DNA of 45,709 nt from Diploschistes diacapsis (lineage: Eukaryota): NCBI GenBank assembly GCA_023645945.1, contig JALAIB010000028.1:1-45709 (forward strand), written 5' to 3'. The notes below the pieces were generated by a model. It searched no databases, was not told the DNA's origin, and was given only the letters and a program-made list of their open reading frames with translations. Every line of letters begins with the position of its first letter. The first letter of the stretch is position 1. The translations under genes were made by a program, and so were the position numbers. Shown here one piece after another: positions 44,086 to 45,709 of this stretch.

Positions 44086-45095
44086 ATGCAGATTCATACT
44101 GGTCTTCTCCTTCTTGCTTCAAGCGCCGCTCTGACGGTTGCGGCCCCGGCGCCTGTCTCGGAAGACCTTGGTCTGATAAACAGACAATCATCATACCTTA
44201 AGGGTTTTGACGTCTCACAGCCAAAGACTTCCGGTTTCTGGTCATGCATGGCTCAGCAGGGCTATCAAAAAGTGGCTATTAGAGGCTATCAACAAGCATG
44301 CAAAGTGGTATGTCTCCAGCCGTTTTGAGCTTGCGGCTAGAATTATTGAAAGACCTCGGTAGGGAGGAATGGTGGACCACAGCTTCGCGCCATCTTATCA
44401 AGCAGCAGTCCAGGCAGGCATCACAAATATTGATGCATACTTCTTCCCATGTGAGCGGTTCAATATCTATAACCTTCCTCTCAGCCACCGCCTAGCAGGA
44501 GAGCTATGCCGTGACACTCGGGTCACACCTTGGCTAACTACTGCGAATCTCTAGGCACCGGCACTCAACAGTCCAAATATCCTGCCTGCAAATCACCCTC
44601 ACAACAGCTGGCTGAGTTCGAGCAAGCAATGTCCAGCTCTGGTATGACCATCACTCAGCGGTGGTTCGATATTGAGCCCGGCCCACAGGCAGGGCCATGC
44701 AACGCCTGGAACCTTGGAAGTGCTGCCAACCTTCAACTCGTGCAGGAATGGGTGCAGCTACTGAAGTCAAGCGGCAACAGCTGGGGTGTCTATGCCAATG
44801 GCAATGAATGGACAAGAATGTTTGCAACCCAGAAGACCGACATCGGCGCGTCCGACTTGCCCTTCTGGGCTGTGCAAGTCGGCAAAGCAAATATATCGAC
44901 TGTCACTGTTTTCCCAGGCAGCTGGACTTCGGCCTCTGCCAGGCAGTATAAAGAAGGTGAGTTTTAAGATCCCCTTTCTCTCCATGCCCTGGAGCCAAAA
45001 GGCCATATTTCTAAGAGCAATGTTGCTGATCTCGTGTAGATGTGGACGAGCCTGCTTGCAAAGGCAAGGTCGATCTCGACTCCTTTTCGTCTTGA
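44086..45095 (+). CDS. Secreted GH25 lysozyme, protist/nematode (Lys1-like) type, 255 aa
   Basis: Exons 44086-44307, 44363-44450, 44555-44956, 45040-45095, all in frame. Signal peptide, GFDVSQ, IRGY, DAYFFPC, WFDIE, WGVY, VDLD. Confidence 0.88.
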
Positions 45096-45560
45096 TCTAA
45101 AGCACTGGAGGGCGATCAAGTGCAATTCGGCACTGAATGGTAATCCTAATGCTTGGAAGTAAGTGGGAAAGTATAATGTATAGTGCCTACATAGTCGAGC
45201 ACATAACTAGCTCCAGTAATAATCAACCCAAACAATGAAAAGCATGACGCTTCCGCCCCCTTTTGCTCTTGTGAACATCGCTACAGAGCCATGATTTATA
45301 ATCGAATCGTGGCCAAGTTCCCAACACCTGTTGCCCTGTGTGAAAAGTAGAATAGCTTTACTGTACGAAATTAAAGCCTTGTGTCAGAGAAATCAGTATC
45401 TACGTCATAGGTGGGCTGTAGTACGCCTGCTACTGAATAATCCTTTCTTCGAGCTCATCATCGCAGCTATAACAGCCCTTTGAAAAACACCTGCTTCGAT
45501 TTCTCTTCCGAAGGTCCAACCCCCCCCGCCTTGCATCCTCCCGCTTCCAACACCGCAACA

Positions 45561-45709
45561 ATGGACTCCCCCAAACACGACCTCCAAGAAATCCACGACT
45601 ACCTAATCCAGCTCGCCAAGAAGGCCGGGCAGCTCGTGACCTCCGCGCGCCCATCCCTCGGCGCCATCGACACCAAAAAGAACTGTACTCCCCCCCCTCT
45701 CCTCCATCC
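45561..45709 (+). CDS. Inositol monophosphatase family protein, first exon (truncated by window end)
   Basis: 45561-45684 encodes MDSPKHDLQEIHDYLIQLAKKAGQLVTSARP..DTKKN, followed by a GT donor. This resembles fungal IMPase N-termini. Confidence 0.75.
   Translation, partial: MDSPKHDLQEIHDYLIQLAKKAGQLVTSARPSLGAIDTKKNCTPPPLLH

Noticed and set aside
5939..45709. Starship or other large mobile element anchored at the 5S gene
   Set aside because: The 5S gene is intact, there is no second 5S fragment, no tyrosine recombinase or transposase is visible, and the interior is core housekeeping genes.

Overview
Gene-dense genomic DNA from a filamentous ascomycete (Pezizomycotina), with short GT-AG introns and CTAAC/CTGAC branch sites. 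In order: MscS-like EF-hand channel (runs off the left end), type-B carboxylesterase, a dispersed sequence-divergent 5S rRNA gene, a Cys-rich secreted protein, a PNPOx-like flavin-binding protein (GC-AG intron), a C2H2 zinc finger-HET domain fusion, and a divergent intronless P450-like gene. Next is a housekeeping block (YIP1, UBC6, SAM50, cytochrome c heme lyase, ABC1/ADCK kinase, a possible kinetochore RWD protein) interleaved with two large uninterrupted RNA helicase ORFs (DDX60-like; dsRBD-DEAH). The right end holds a decayed hydrolase-NACHT-ankyrin NLR pseudogene, a protist-type GH25 lysozyme and the first exon of an inositol monophosphatase. The most notable items are these defence-type genes and the 5S variant. 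I see no firm evidence that they form one co-regulated system. Family assignments come from motif recognition, not database searches.
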